From Azolla caroliniana (Eukaryota > Plantae > Polypodiophyta), in assembly GCA_043228905.1 (NCBI GenBank), contig JBHGNT010000005.1:22754001-22818000 (forward strand): 64,000 nt of DNA, read 5' to 3'. Shown in pieces: positions 1 to 12,678 of this stretch. The notes below the pieces were generated by a model, which was given only the letters and a program-made list of their open reading frames with translations, made no database searches and was not told the origin of the DNA. Position 1 is the stretch's first letter. Each line of letters opens with the position of its first letter. A program made the translations under genes and the position numbers.

Positions 1-165
1 AATGATCCAGATGTGAATGCAACATTGCTTGGCAAAGAAATGCATTCACATGGCACAAAGGCAGAAGAGTGTCACGATAGTGGGCACTGCCATTGTATGC
101 ATATGGGGAGTGTGGGCATGCAGAGCGACAACTTTGCTGCGCCACCGAATGAGAGGCATGCATTG
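1..165 (+). pseudogene. Decayed PLS-class PPR gene fragment
   Basis: Across frameshifts it reads ...LLGKEMHSH / VTIVGTAIV / AYGECGHAE, matching the PPR L-to-S motif junction (GKEIH...VVGTALVDMYGKCG). No continuous ORF. Confidence 0.5.
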
Positions 166-509
166 TGACGTCTGAACCGAAACATACAATTCACGGAGAG
201 ACGGTACAACCGTGGGGTGGATATGACTCGGACACTAGGAACGAGATGAGGTCTAGTGTGGGTGGACACAAGAAAATAAAAATAAATGAATAATTAGAGG
301 TAGGGAGAAGATCAATTATCGTATAAATAATAAGAAGCCACCAAAGAAATAAATAAAATTAAAGAAATAGATAGATAGATAAATAAATAAAACTAAAAAG
401 ATGGATAATAAATAAATAAAGTAATGATAAGTTTTAGCAAAAGAGATAGATAAATAAAGAAAATATTAAATAGATAAATAAAAGAAGAAGAGAGACTCTG
501 AGATAGATA

Positions 510-512
<3 letters not shown>

Positions 513-544
<32 letters not shown>
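513..544. repeat. (GA)n microsatellite just upstream of the TMEM120 ATG
   Basis: Pure GA run ending about 60 nt before the ATG. Confidence 0.9.
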
Positions 545-547
<3 letters not shown>

Positions 548-607
548 AGAAGACCACTCTGCGTTTCTGAGACATCGCCATGCCTGTGAAACCCTAGCCA
601 TATTTTT

Positions 608-3600
608 ATGAAGATGAAGCACAGGAGAGGTGAAGAGCTAAGTCGTGATGATGAATATATTGGTAAGATTAATGGAGTGATCGCAGAAGATATTGATCAC
701 GAGACCGACATGGCTGATGAAGATCTTGACACGGAAAGGATTGCTGGAGTTCCCGATGATCGCAGCTCCCATGATGAATTTGGCAAGGACAGGAAAGGTA
801 ATATCGAGAATCTTGATCTTAAGGCCAAGATTCATATATCTGGTGAAGATTCCCACGGGGAATTGGAAGAAATACTTGACAAGGCTGACAGTATGGCCAA
901 AATTTACAGCTTTGGTGAATACCTTTACAAGGAAAGGAATGGAAAGGTTGAAAATGTTGATCAGAATGCCAAGATTCACAGCTTCGAGGAAGAGTTGGAG
1001 AAGAAAAGGCAAGGAATGGTTGAAGATGTAAATCACAAAGATAAGGACGACAATTCCAATGAAGGTCTTCACAATTCAAGGATTCAGAGCTCTGATAAAG
1101 AAGATCTTTACAAACAGAGGAAAGGAAAGATTGGGGACGTTGATTGTAAGACTAAACTTCAATATTCTAGTGAAAAAGTTATTCTTGAGGAGAGAAATTT
1201 AGGAAAGCTTCAACATGGTGATCACAAAGGCAAGATTCAAAGTTCTGATGAAGACTTTTATAAGGGAACGGCAGGGAAGCTTGAAGATGTCGATTATAAG
1301 ACCAAGGATCACAGTTGTGATGAAGATCTTGTAACGAAACGTGTTTCCTTGCTGTTGAAACATGCAAAAGCGCTGCAAACTGCTGGTTCTGCCCTCAGTT
1401 CTCGCCTTAGAGTTGAAGAACAAAATCTGAGCCAACAAGCTGTTTCTTTGGAGAAAGAAATGAAGATTGTCAAATCAGATGTAACCTCTGCCCTGGAGAT
1501 GGGCAAAATCAGCCTTCAGCTCGCTGAAAAGGTATAGCTCATCACATTTTGTTTAAATTTCAGCATTTTAGCTGTGTTTTTGCAAATTTTTTCTCTAATA
1601 ACCTGTTTTCATGCATGACATACTAGGAAATTATGAGAAAATACAACAAATTTTGTAGGATTTTAATAGAGAAGTTATGTACTTCTGCTGAATTTTACAC
1701 CTGAAAATCCATTTATGTCTTTGAAACTCTTTTTTATTCGTAAGGAACAATTCTTGCACTAATCGATTTAGTTTCCTTGTTTCTATGCATGAAATCAAAC
1801 GACATGATGAGAAACATACCTCTGCATTAATTGGATTTTGATAGAAAGGTTATATATTTCTGATAGATTTTTCCTTCTTTATATCATTGAAATTCTTTTC
1901 AATCCAGGTTTCAGCAGTGAGCGGGGATTTTTTCTTTATCAATCATCTGAGTTGCCTTTGTTCATGCATGGAATTGAGAAAGTACCATACATTTATATGA
2001 TTTTCATGGATTAATTTATGTTGGAATATATTAACACCTACAAGCTCGGATATTTGACTCTTATTTTATTGAGTGAGTGCACCTTTTTCACCAACACGTT
2101 TTGTCATGTTCTAATGGAAGCTTATGTGTTTTATCTTTCTGGTTCTTTCATGGTTTTCGCACAGTTGGAGGAAAAGATTGATAGAGCATATTGGATGATT
2201 TATGAGAGTGATGTGCGAGCACTTCTTTCTCCTAAATTTAATGGTAACGCCTACTTCATTATTTCTTCAAAATTCATACTTTAAATAAAAAATCCAACCT
2301 ATCGTATGACATTTTTAAATGCATCTTTTGGACAAGAATGTGAATTAACCCCAGCATAGACTCCCTATTGTTCATAACTACATTTGTGTAAAATTTCTCG
2401 TGCAGGTACATTTCTTAGATTGTTTTTGGGCCCTGTGAATGTAAAAGCTTCTGGGGATGATGTTCGTTTCAAAGTCAAGGAAGAGTACAATGCTTACAGG
2501 GTAATGATGGTGCAACACCTTTTATGTAATAGATAGCGTAGATTTAGCTCAAGAGATCCAGAAAACTGCTGCCATTGTTTTTATGTGGTTTAATGGCATG
2601 ATAAGGAAATTGATTGACCACTTCATCGATAAAGGTTTTATCTCACTTTTGTTTGTATAAATAATAGACAATCGGTTTCATTAAGATTATAGTAAAAAAT
2701 GTAACACAAGTTCCACATATTATTCCACACTCAGACAGTAATATTCTAGTGATATGAATGGCATTGTGAAGGTCATATTTCAGCGTTTGATCCTGGTGTA
2801 ACTAAGATCATCTAACATCTCCATGAATAGATGGTTTCAATATATTTCATGATCTGGGAATTAAGTCAATGAAAATTCAGGACTTTTTATATTTGATGTT
2901 TATGAATTGACCACATCTGTTAAGATCATATTCAATTCATCTGATGGTACTTGAATATACCCTAGATACTTTTTGTAATGTATAACTCATATGTTACTTT
3001 TCATATGGAATCATTGAAACTTTTCTTCTTTCCTAGGAAACAACAATATTTATAAATGTTCAGGCTCATACATTTAGTGTAATGTGCATTCTGGTGCAAC
3101 ACTGTCTTTATGATTCTTGCCATGCCAAGGATGATATAGAACCAATTGATGGCTCATTGCATAATAATGTGAGGTTCTTTTGCTCTCGAGCTTGTGTGCA
3201 TGTTTATGTGCTGGAATATCAAGATTCTCATATATGCTAAAACGTATTTTGTTTATGAACATTGTTATGGTGAGAACCAGAACTGAAGAGCATATATCTT
3301 AGCTTCCATTCTTGTATTACCTGTCTTTTTCTCTCATTCTGGGTTGAAATATAACCACCTTTCCTATCACTATATTGGTATTGAAGGACTGCTAAAAAAC
3401 GTGGTTAATCTATTGGATATCCTCTCATAAATTCTTGTTCTCTTTAGGATCGTACTGCAGCCTTGTTTCTCATGTTTCCATTGATCCTGTGGCTGTTAAA
3501 GAATTGGCTTTGGAATGGCTGCTTCCCAGCCTTACCTGTACAGGTCTATCAGGTTGGAATTCAATCTTGTTTCAAACAAAAACTTTGACTCAAATCACTT

Positions 3601-4828
3601 GTCTTGGTTTACAAACTACTATGTACTATACATACAGGCTTGGCTGTTGTTCTTTTATACAAGTCTTGCTTTGCGAGAAAATATCCTGAGGATCAATGGT
3701 AGTGACATACGTCCATGGTATGTGAAGTGATTATTTAACACTATATAAATGTGTTCACAGTTTTTTTGTAGGATATATTTCTAGCTTGAAAAGGATTAAG
3801 TTATAATCAAGATAATTGCCATATAATGTCTTCATTTGTGTGCTGTTTCAGGTGGATTTATCATCACTATTGTGCAATGTTGATGGCGGTTATCTCTCTT
3901 ACATGGGATTTTAAGGGGCAACATCCTCATTGTGAGGAAAAGCAGGTGAGTAACTGAAGCACTTTGGAATATATTTATGTGCAATATTTGAACCTTCTAA
4001 TTGCTTATAATCAGCATGGAATCCGACATTTCTTGCTATGGGCAATGATGCAAGGAGTAGTGATGCTGCTTCAAAATCGATATCAAAGGCAGCGGCTATA
4101 TACAAGAATTGCACTTGGAAAGGTACCCCTCTTAGCAGTAACTTTTTTTTTTCGTGTTTTAAAAACTTGCTAGTGGATTCTGGAAACAGATAATTCTTGG
4201 CAGTCAAAATCTGCACAACTCTAATATCGTGTTTATTACAAATGGAAGAGTTGGTCCCTTTTTCCTGGGATGTCTTTTATTAATTCTTACTGGTGAATTA
4301 TGAATGTTATTGCTCATAGATCTCTCTTCATGTGAATGATGATATTAGGCTGGACGAATGGATGTTGTATGGGGTGAAACAGCGGGTAATGATGGTCAAA
4401 TTCTGCTTTTATATCCTCTTCTCTTTGCATTACAGGTACAAATGCAATAATTTATGTGTGTGGAAGTCTTTTAATGTCATATATACGCCCGTGTGTGTGC
4501 ATGGCCGGTTCTAGTGTAACATTTGCTATCTGACAGATCTTCCAAGGATTCATTGGATTTCTTTTGCTAAGAACTGCAGTAACTAAGAGATCCGAGTGGC
4601 AGGTAATCAAAATGCACATATCAAAAGAGTTCCTAGTTTTTATCTTCCTATAGAAGAGTTGCATGAAGAGAAATTTCTGGTGTTGGTTTTTAGGTGTCGG
4701 GTTGTGGAATTTTGCTCCTTGTCATGGCATTGGGGAACTTTGTAAATACCATGGACACGTTGTTTGTGAAAATGAAAATCAAGAATAGGATGAAGCACAA
4801 ATTAACATTTGCAAAAAAGTCCTTCTAG
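608..4828 (+). CDS. TMEM120: TMEM120/TMPIT-like membrane protein, 10 exons, with long repeat-containing N-terminal extension
   Basis: Exons 608-1531, 2165-2243, 2406-2500, 3448-3552, 3638-3717, 3852-3945, 4015-4122, 4349-4435, 4537-4602, 4694-4828. All introns are GT-AG and in phase. Plant TMPIT motifs present: FLRLFLGPVNV..KVKEEYNAYRDRTA, LALRENILRINGSDIRPWWIYHHY, LQNRYQRQRLYTRIALGK, MDVVWGET. Confidence 0.93.
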
Positions 4829-6767
4829 GGTATTTTTGATAGCTACCCAGATGTGTATAACTGTAGCATAAAATTTCTGAACTGTATAGATAGATCATCA
4901 TCCCCAGTTTTGATAGTTCACTTCATTTCAAGATGTGATTATTACACACTTCCTTTTATGGGGGTAATTACAAGTAGGGGGCAGCATATGATCTTTCTGA
5001 GTGTGCATTTCAGCAAAGACAACATAAACATACCATACCTGAAAGCAGCAATAAATATCTTTGAAGATCAAATGTATCAACCAAATACCATTCGTAGCCA
5101 GAATGTATATGAGCACAGGTGGTATAGATTGATGCTACATGATACAAGCGCAAACTCGTGAATAAAAGAAGATGATGCTATATGTTCTTTGGTTCAATGC
5201 TAATGCAAAATAAAGATCTCGGTTATTGGCCTTCTTTGATGGATGCATCATATAGAACATTCTATGCTGGTGGAATTCGACATGAGGTTGGCGACATTGG
5301 ATTTCATGCGTCTTAAAGAACATTCAACATATATAGGTCCAAGCAAAGCATATATATAGGTCTTTATAATAATTCAACATAGTGTATATTTTAGCTACAA
5401 ATACCCCCTTCGATCAACAGATCTGCTGCTTGGAGATTTGTGTTCTTTATATATTCAACAAGTGTATTAACCAATTGTGCATTATAAAGCATACAAACAC
5501 AACTATTTACTCTTTTTCTTCAATGCCTTTGCTCATGTTGCATGTACATTGTTATTGACTACAAAATTTTGGCAATTTGCAATTGTGTGGAACATGATGG
5601 CCCACTTTGATCTTCCTTACATCCCATTTGTTCTTGGATTGAACGTTTTCTCTGTAACGTTAAATTTTGTGTTTCTGAACATAGTGCAAGGTATACTAAA
5701 TATAAGAAAGGTTCAAATGCTATGGCCTTATTAAAGTATTCAATTTATCTTCTTATGTGGTTATTGACACAATGGTGATAGGAAATGTAAAATACAGTTT
5801 TAATTGCCAATTGACTATTAGGTAGTCGCTGCTCTTGAAAAGCTCCTTGTCATTTGCCTTCCTTCATACTATAACCATTGAGATGGTCAAGTTTCTTGGA
5901 ATTGATTGTTATCATGTAGTGTTGTTGAATTTCATCAAGTTAAAGCTTCTTGGATTTTAACTTGACGCCCACACTCTTTTTAGCTAGATTGCCACAACCA
6001 AGAAACAACGAAACATCACTTGTTGACTCGATTTGACTAAGTCAGCTACAATAATAAGTTGGAGCACAAAACATAAATTCATGAAAACATTTTGCAATTC
6101 AAGAAGTGGCTTCATTAAAGTCATGAAGATATTCTTTAGCTCCATTTAATGTGAAGCCCATTGGGGTAAACGAATGGAAATGTTAGCCTCTTGAATTTAT
6201 TTCTATTTCCATTACTAAAAGACCGAAATGGTATCCAATTTTGTCTTCATTATTTGGTCTCAATGTTTAATTACAATTTACGAGTATAGGATTAAGACTT
6301 GGGAGCTTGTCATTTGGCAATTGATTTGCCATTTGTATTGGATGTTCAATTGTGTCAAGTCGACAATATGTGCAATAATGCCTAAATATATGTGTAGGAG
6401 AAAGTTGACCAGGGTCCTTCAAAGGCATGTTCCTAAGTTATATATATTATGGACTCCATCCATGCGTGAATCAGAACACATTTGCCCCCTTGTAGATTTT
6501 GTCATTTCTATAGTTGATTGGGATCTTAGGTGATTTAATAGCACAACCTTCTCCAAATTGAATGTATGACTCTCATTGGTACACCTTTAGTTGTCTAGAG
6601 TAGATCCAAAGTGATGTACCGATGATCCAAACTGATTAACAATGTGATTAATTAAATCCGAGTTATGGCCGATATTTTAATACTTTCTCTCTTTTAGGAC
6701 TACAATCAATATTTTAATAAGTACGTGGTTATGTTTTGTATAAGATTGCACAAAGTACAAGAATGTG

Positions 6768-7128
6768 TGTTACCCAATGGGACAAGTGCGACAAGTGCGA
6801 AACAAACCAAAGGGAGCCGAGCACTAACAACCGAAGATCAAGGAAGGAGTGGGTGAAAAGAGCCGAGCAGAAGGGAAGATATAGATATAAAGGAGCACTG
6901 AATACAAGGGATCTTAGAAGACTAGGCCGAGGAATAGACTAATAGAGAGTGTGTGAGTGTGTGACGTTCGCTTTGGGTACGGATGAATATACGAATCAGT
7001 TGTAGTTGATCCCATAGTGTGTCAATCTCATTCTCTGTAAGCGATCCTTGAGTCCCTTACGCACCATGATTCCTTGACCCGATTACTCAAGAGGAGTAAT
7101 CGAAGGTGTTCTCCAAGAGGGAGTAACA
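6768..7128 (+). mobile_element. Solo LTR (361 bp)
   Basis: Termini TGTTAC...GTAACA form a 6-bp inverted repeat with TG..CA ends. Perfect 5-bp TSD ATGTG at 6763-6767 and 7129-7133. Internal TATA-like GATATAAAGG near 6884; orientation inferred from it. Confidence 0.85.
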
Positions 7129-8359
7129 ATGTGTATAACAATTTTTGTCAAAATACCTCAGAAATGATCAAGAGTCACTAGAATACTCTTGTGTAGTACA
7201 AATGTACTATTAATTGGTGATATTTTGGCAATTTTTGAAAACTCATATCCTACTCCATGTGACAAGTGATACAAAATTCACTACTATAGAGTGGCATTTT
7301 GGTAAATTTTGAAAACTTAGGGCTATTTTGGTAACTGCACGACTATTTTGCGATGATTTGTCAAAAAAAACCAAAAAGTGCATTGTCTTTTATGTCAAAA
7401 TAAACTACTATATAGTAGAAAATGTACTAGACCATTATATAGTACAAAATGTACCATGGCATATGTATTGGTATGTTGGGCAATTTTCTAAAACCCCGAG
7501 TTCATGTTTATGAATGACAAGAATGCTCCACACCCCAAGTGACAAATTTACTAACTATAGACAATAATTTGGTAATATTTGAAAACTTAGTGTTTATTGT
7601 TGTTATAATGCACAAGAAGGGAAGGAAATAGATTGTTGCATAGAGTATATGCATAGGGTTTCATCTTATCTCTATGCAAGAGACTATTTCTTAAGATGCA
7701 TCATGCAACAGTGATATGAAATCAGAGGGCTATTGTCGTAAACCTTAACTTGTGAAAAAGACGGGGAATATTTTCTAAAATACCAAAAACATGGATTTTC
7801 TTATTCGTAACATGCATCACGAAAGGATGGTCAACTAGAGATTAGGTCACTTCCCGATTTGTTAGTCGAAACGTGGCACCCATTCTCCAAACACGACTCT
7901 TTCTCTTGATGATGATAAAACTATTACAAAGCTATGCGCTTAAAGATTGATTCTTACGATTAGAGTTACGCATGCATTATAATATAGTTCACATATCATA
8001 TGAGGTGCGTGCACCATAGGATGGTGAAGGTTATACATTTCCGATGACTTGTGAGAAGAGAATAATTGGGGGGTATTCTCACAAATATTGAAAACACGGA
8101 TTTCGTTTCCGTAACGTGTGTAGGAGGGTGTAGGTTAAGGTGTCGGAGATTTTGTAAGAAAACACAGAAAGGAGCCCTTAGGGGTATTCTAAGATATAAT
8201 AATAGAACATGGGTTTTTCTTTCACAAACATGCACCCCCTGAAGAAGGAGAGGAAGAGAGGTTGAGGTGTAGGGGTAGTTCTGGTGATTTGTAAAACCTA
8301 GGGGTAGTTTCAGAAATACCTAAAATTTAGATTTTCTTCCCCACCCATTGATGCTTGCT

Positions 8360-8366
8360 TCCCCAC

Positions 8367-8405
<39 letters not shown>

Positions 8406-8520
8406 ACGAAGGCAAAGCTTTAAAATGGATCTGTAATATTTGAATCATCATATATAAGAACAGGGTGTTTCTGTTGGTGGAGCAGTTTGCCGCTCCTTTT
8501 CCCTGCATCCTTTCTCCTAG
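8360..8520 (+). promoter_or_regulatory. Putative TSS region and non-coding first exon of the DEG9 gene
   Basis: (GA)n tract at 8367-8400 like those at the 5' end of the other genes. Donor-like AG|GTAATC at 8520/8521 followed by T-rich intron-like DNA. No other gene lies between here and the ATG at 17462. Confidence 0.5.
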
Positions 8521-8860
8521 GTAATCCATCTCTCCATTTCCTCTAAATTTTAGGGCTTTTGTACAGGAAAGAAAGAAAGAAAGAAAGAAAGAAGCCTACA
8601 TATATATAAGTAGCCTCTTTTTTTATTTATTTGAAAAGTTCTGGTACCCACATTTCTCGTACTGTTTTTTCTTTTCTTTTTTCCTGTTGTCTGCTTTAGA
8701 ATTTGTTGCTTATTTTTGTTTCTTGTTAGGTTTTTGTGGCTAGGACCTGTTTCTCTATTAGTGTTTATGAATCCGATTTTTTTTTTTTCTGTTTGCGGCC
8801 TTATGCATTCCTTTCATGCTCTTAATCATGAAAAAGCAATTAAAGACGGTTTTATGTTTG

Positions 8861-9165
8861 GGTTTTGATGCTTCCGTGATGTTCTTGAACGTGAGGGATA
8901 GTGGGTATATTATGTTTCTTGTAAGGGTTTTTGATGCCACTTCTAGTTTTTTTTCAAGAAATCTCTGCGCCTTTGCTTACGTTCTTGAACTTGAGAGGAA
9001 GTAGATGAATTCTGTTTTTCTTGTGTGATTTTGATGCCGTTTCCCATGTTTTTGAACACGAGAGAAGGAATGAAATTCTGCTTTTTTTAGGTTATTGATG
9101 CTTCTCATATGGTCTTCAACATGAAATAAAATGGCTGAAAATTCTGTTTTCCCTTAGGGTTTTAT
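8861..9165 (+). repeat. Degenerate ~62-bp minisatellite, left part
   Basis: About 4-5 units of TTTTGATGC...TTCTTGAAC.TGA.AG.AA...AATTCTG.TTTT...AGG. The same family recurs at 17140-17345. Confidence 0.7.
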
Positions 9166-9399
9166 TAGAAATATGTGTTTAACGAGCTGATTAGTGCACC
9201 AAAAACCTCCAGAAAAAAGCTTTATGAGAAACACCAATTTATATGAACCGAAATTCGGAGTTATACAACAGTGATGCAATACAATTATTTTAAGCACCAG
9301 CTTAATTCAGGAAATACGAGGAAAAAAGAGCTGAGGGATTGGAAGATATTTAATGGAGGGTTCAACTGATGTTATTATATATGTGGAAAAATTGCCCTT

Positions 9400-10810
9400 C
9401 AAAACAGGGAAGAGATGGGTGAAGGCCAGACAAATGATCACTTTCCAAACCTTTTTGATGTAATTTGCCACTTTAGCATAGCCATGTCAACACAAAATCC
9501 TAGAGCTAAAAATACTCTCAAACAGAAGCCTATTCCCTAATATGCTTCACCAAAGATCCTTCAAATTGAATCTTAGATTCCATTTTCCTGCTCTTCAGGT
9601 AAAATATGAAGGGAGGAGGTCCAAGATTGCTTATTTGGCAAACAAATACGGGGTGGATATTGATGGTTTTGGTAAAGGTTTATCTGAGGTTATCTTCGGA
9701 AGGGAATTACTATTAACCAAATTCCAGCACTGAATTGTTTTCTAGTAAAGTGATAGATGGCATTAATATGCTTGGCATGTATGTGGGGGACAGGATTCTT
9801 TACCAAAGCATCTACGCTTTTTCTGTCAGAGAAGATGGTCTTTCATAAGTTGTTTTATGCACAGTGCGCGTACACCTATTAATTGTATCCACAACTGTGC
9901 ATTAGATTTGTATTCTGATAAACTAGAGAAAAGGGAAATAGAAGTTTGCCTTGTCCTTACCCTTGGCATGGGTTCACTATAATACTAAAGACAATATTCT
10001 GAAATGCACCTTCTATGAGTAATGCACAGATCATGATTGGCATCAGAACAATCATAGGTTTCAGCAGCAGTAAAGTATATTGTGCTATAGTCAGTTGTGT
10101 AGGGACAAATACTTTAATTACCCTCTGGTCATTGCCCTCTGATCACTGAATAACCAATTTAAAGTATCAACTGCAAAATATTGGGGCAAACCACAGAGAA
10201 CTAGTCATTGACCTGTTCTTATCTGGTTCTTCAAATTCAGGTGAACAACATTTTTTTATTCAAAGGGCCATGAAATATGCTTACAATCCTGAAATTTGTA
10301 ATCCTCCAAAAACTGCATCAGATACTTGGAGAGACCATGTAGAACACTGGACTCTGTCATCTCAAATTTGGACTTTGGTAGGAGCTTGAACTTCAGATCA
10401 GGTTTGTGTTGACTAGATTCTGGTGAAGACAGAGGTAGAGATGAAATAGTATTAATTCTTTTTGAATAGGTTTTAGAACAATCAGGGATAGAGGGTGTAA
10501 CGATATTAGGCTCAACAATTGAAGGGTAATGGAAAACACTTACCATTCATCCTCATCGTTTTTGGCAAAGTCTTCATCAGTGACAAGTTCCTCATTGGTG
10601 GCAATCTGATCTTTTCTTGGATTCCAGAATCTATTAATACCTATCTTTTTGGACTTTGAGTCTGACTTTGTATTTTTGCTTTCTGGATTTGGCACATATG
10701 CAAGACATACAAAGGCTCTAAAATAGATAAAGGGCTTAAGATTAAGGAATACTGCCAAAGGAGTCTTTTCTCTAACCATCATATTCATTGCCTCTAGCCA
10801 TAAGGTCTTA
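9400..10810 (-). mobile_element. Decayed Ty1/Copia pol remnant (post-integrase region to RT)
   Basis: Minus strand PFIYFRAFVCLAYVPNPESKNTKSDSKSKK resembles the Copia motif LRVFGCLAYVHVP..KR.KLDSKSKK. Near 9560, FNLKDL resembles FEMKDLG; near 9460, ANYIKKV resembles Q.KYIEKVL. Many stops. Confidence 0.6.
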
Positions 10811-10811
10811 T

Positions 10812-12260
10812 GAAAAAAAAGAATGATATATTAATGTCTTTTAAGACCAAGCAAGATAGTATATCTTCAGTGTTGTCTCGTCTTTGAGAACAAACCAAAA
10901 TAAATGTTGCTAAGTAAAAAGAAAGAAAAGTAAAAAATATAAAAATTGACTATAGAATCTTGTTATTGGTACATGTAACATTCTCAAATCAGATATAATT
11001 TTGTCTTCGAAAAATCTCTACCATTGGTTAATACAGAATGGAGAGGTCTTAGAAGCGAGAGAAGCACTTGTGATGGTGGGAGAGGATGGCCTTTATCTAA
11101 CAATGACAAGGGTGGTGAGATTGTGGTCCATGAGGCTGGGGCCTATGTGCACGACAAATTGCTGTTGCTCGATCTATTGTAACCTTGTCGTTATGTTGTC
11201 TTTGGTAGCCCACTTGTGTATCCCTTGATTGACGTGCAACATGAATGATGGGGCTAAAGAAAGTTGTGATTGCCCTTTGTTGTTGATGAGCTTGTGTGGC
11301 TATATTGTTGTCCTTCAACAACTTTTCCCTACGTGTCTTGAGTTCTATTGTAACCTTGTTGTTTTGTTGTCTTCGGTAGCCCACTTGTGTATCTTGATTG
11401 ATGTGCAACATGATTGATGGGGCTAAAGAAAGTTGTGCATGAAAAGCCCCAAGCACATTGGTTCTCATATTCCATTACCTTGCGTAGTTGGCCAAAGCCT
11501 TGCTGAAAGAGGCAATGGTATCTCCCTCATTTTTCATGAAAAACACTGTAGTGACAAGCAAAGTGTTCTTCAAATTCCAGTCTTTGATGATACAATTTGC
11601 AAATTCTTCTTCTAGAGGTTTTCATGCATATTTGCTTACGTCAATCTCTAATTGGTGTGTTGAAGTTTGCAGCTGCCCTATCACATTGTGTAGTGCATAG
11701 GGTAGATGTATGTCCTTATGATGAATCCATCCTCTGATGTGTGTAAAAAGTGTCTTATAGTGGGCCATCTTCCTACCAAATGATATTTTGGGGCTGATCA
11801 ATGTTATCTTGTTTTCCAAGTTAATAATATCAGTTCAGTTCACATTGTTCTTTTTCTATCTGGTCATATCTAGATGGGGACAATCCAAGTTATATTGGAA
11901 TGGGGGTAGTGCATTTACGCTTATGCCATGTGACTTGAACCATTATTGCATTTCATCATACAAATAATGAATATCTCCATGTTTAGAAAAGTTGTTTTGA
12001 TAACATAAGTGCCAACCTTGAATACCTTTGTTTGGGGAGCTCCCAAAGTTGTTTGATAACACAAGTGCCCATGATTCTAGGGCTATTCTCATCTTTGCCC
12101 AATGTATATCATGGGACACTGATGCTTTGCTCCTTATCATGCGGGCAATAATTGAGGCTAAAGGTCTCTCTAAATGTTGCTAGTTAATTGCCTTGTTAAG
12201 ACTTAGTCCCCATGTTTCTACTCCGTAGAGAAAGTTCGTGTCACAAGTGTATCAAATAGC
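10812..12260 (-). mobile_element. RTE/RTEX-like LINE copy A (5'-truncated, decayed, with internal duplication)
   Basis: Colinear with copy B from LFDTLVT to the 3' tail. Encodes QLQTSTHQLEIDVSKY and QRAITTFFSP. The segment near 11170-11290 is repeated near 11345-11435. Confidence 0.85.
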
Positions 12261-12267
12261 CAATTTA

Positions 12268-12604
12268 GGTTAATAAAATCCTTCTTGTAATCGGTATACT
12301 TTGTTGTTGAGGATATTCGTAAGCAAAAGAGTTCTTCCCACACTTCCATTGCATTATGATGTCGAATATGCTTTGCTTTAAATTGTTGCACCAACAATTC
12401 GTAATTTACTTGTTGGTTTGGCTGCAAGGACTTATACCAATCCCTTGCTCTTCCATAGAAAGTGGCCACCGATAAAGGAAGCTTCTCGATATCTCTGATC
12501 TTCCCTATTGGTACTGCATAATGTTCAAAGGTGGCCAACAAAACTCTTGCATCTTGGACTCTATCACCGGCAAAAGCAAATTGAAAAGCCATATTGGCTA
12601 ACAA
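12268..12604 (-). mobile_element. Ty3/gypsy-type retrotransposon gag fragment
   Basis: ATFYGRARDWYKSLQPNQQVNYELLVQQFKAKHI...VWEELFCLR fits the Retrotrans_gag pattern L.G.A..W...L......W..L...F...F. Confidence 0.7.
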
Positions 12605-12678
12605 GAAGCCCTTTTAATGATGCTGAAAGATTCTACCCTCCTTGGAGCACCAAAATGATGAGAGATATTGAGAAGATA

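Noticed and set aside
638-1506. Antisense and alternate-frame ORFs over TMEM120 exon 1 (likewise over DEG9, CSB and PMIR exons)
   Set aside because: Shadows of real coding sequence with no recognisable motifs.
7135-8330. Recurrent TTTTGGTAA..TTTGAAAACTTAGGGG motifs resembling Mutator TIR remnants
   Set aside because: No matching termini or TSD could be defined.
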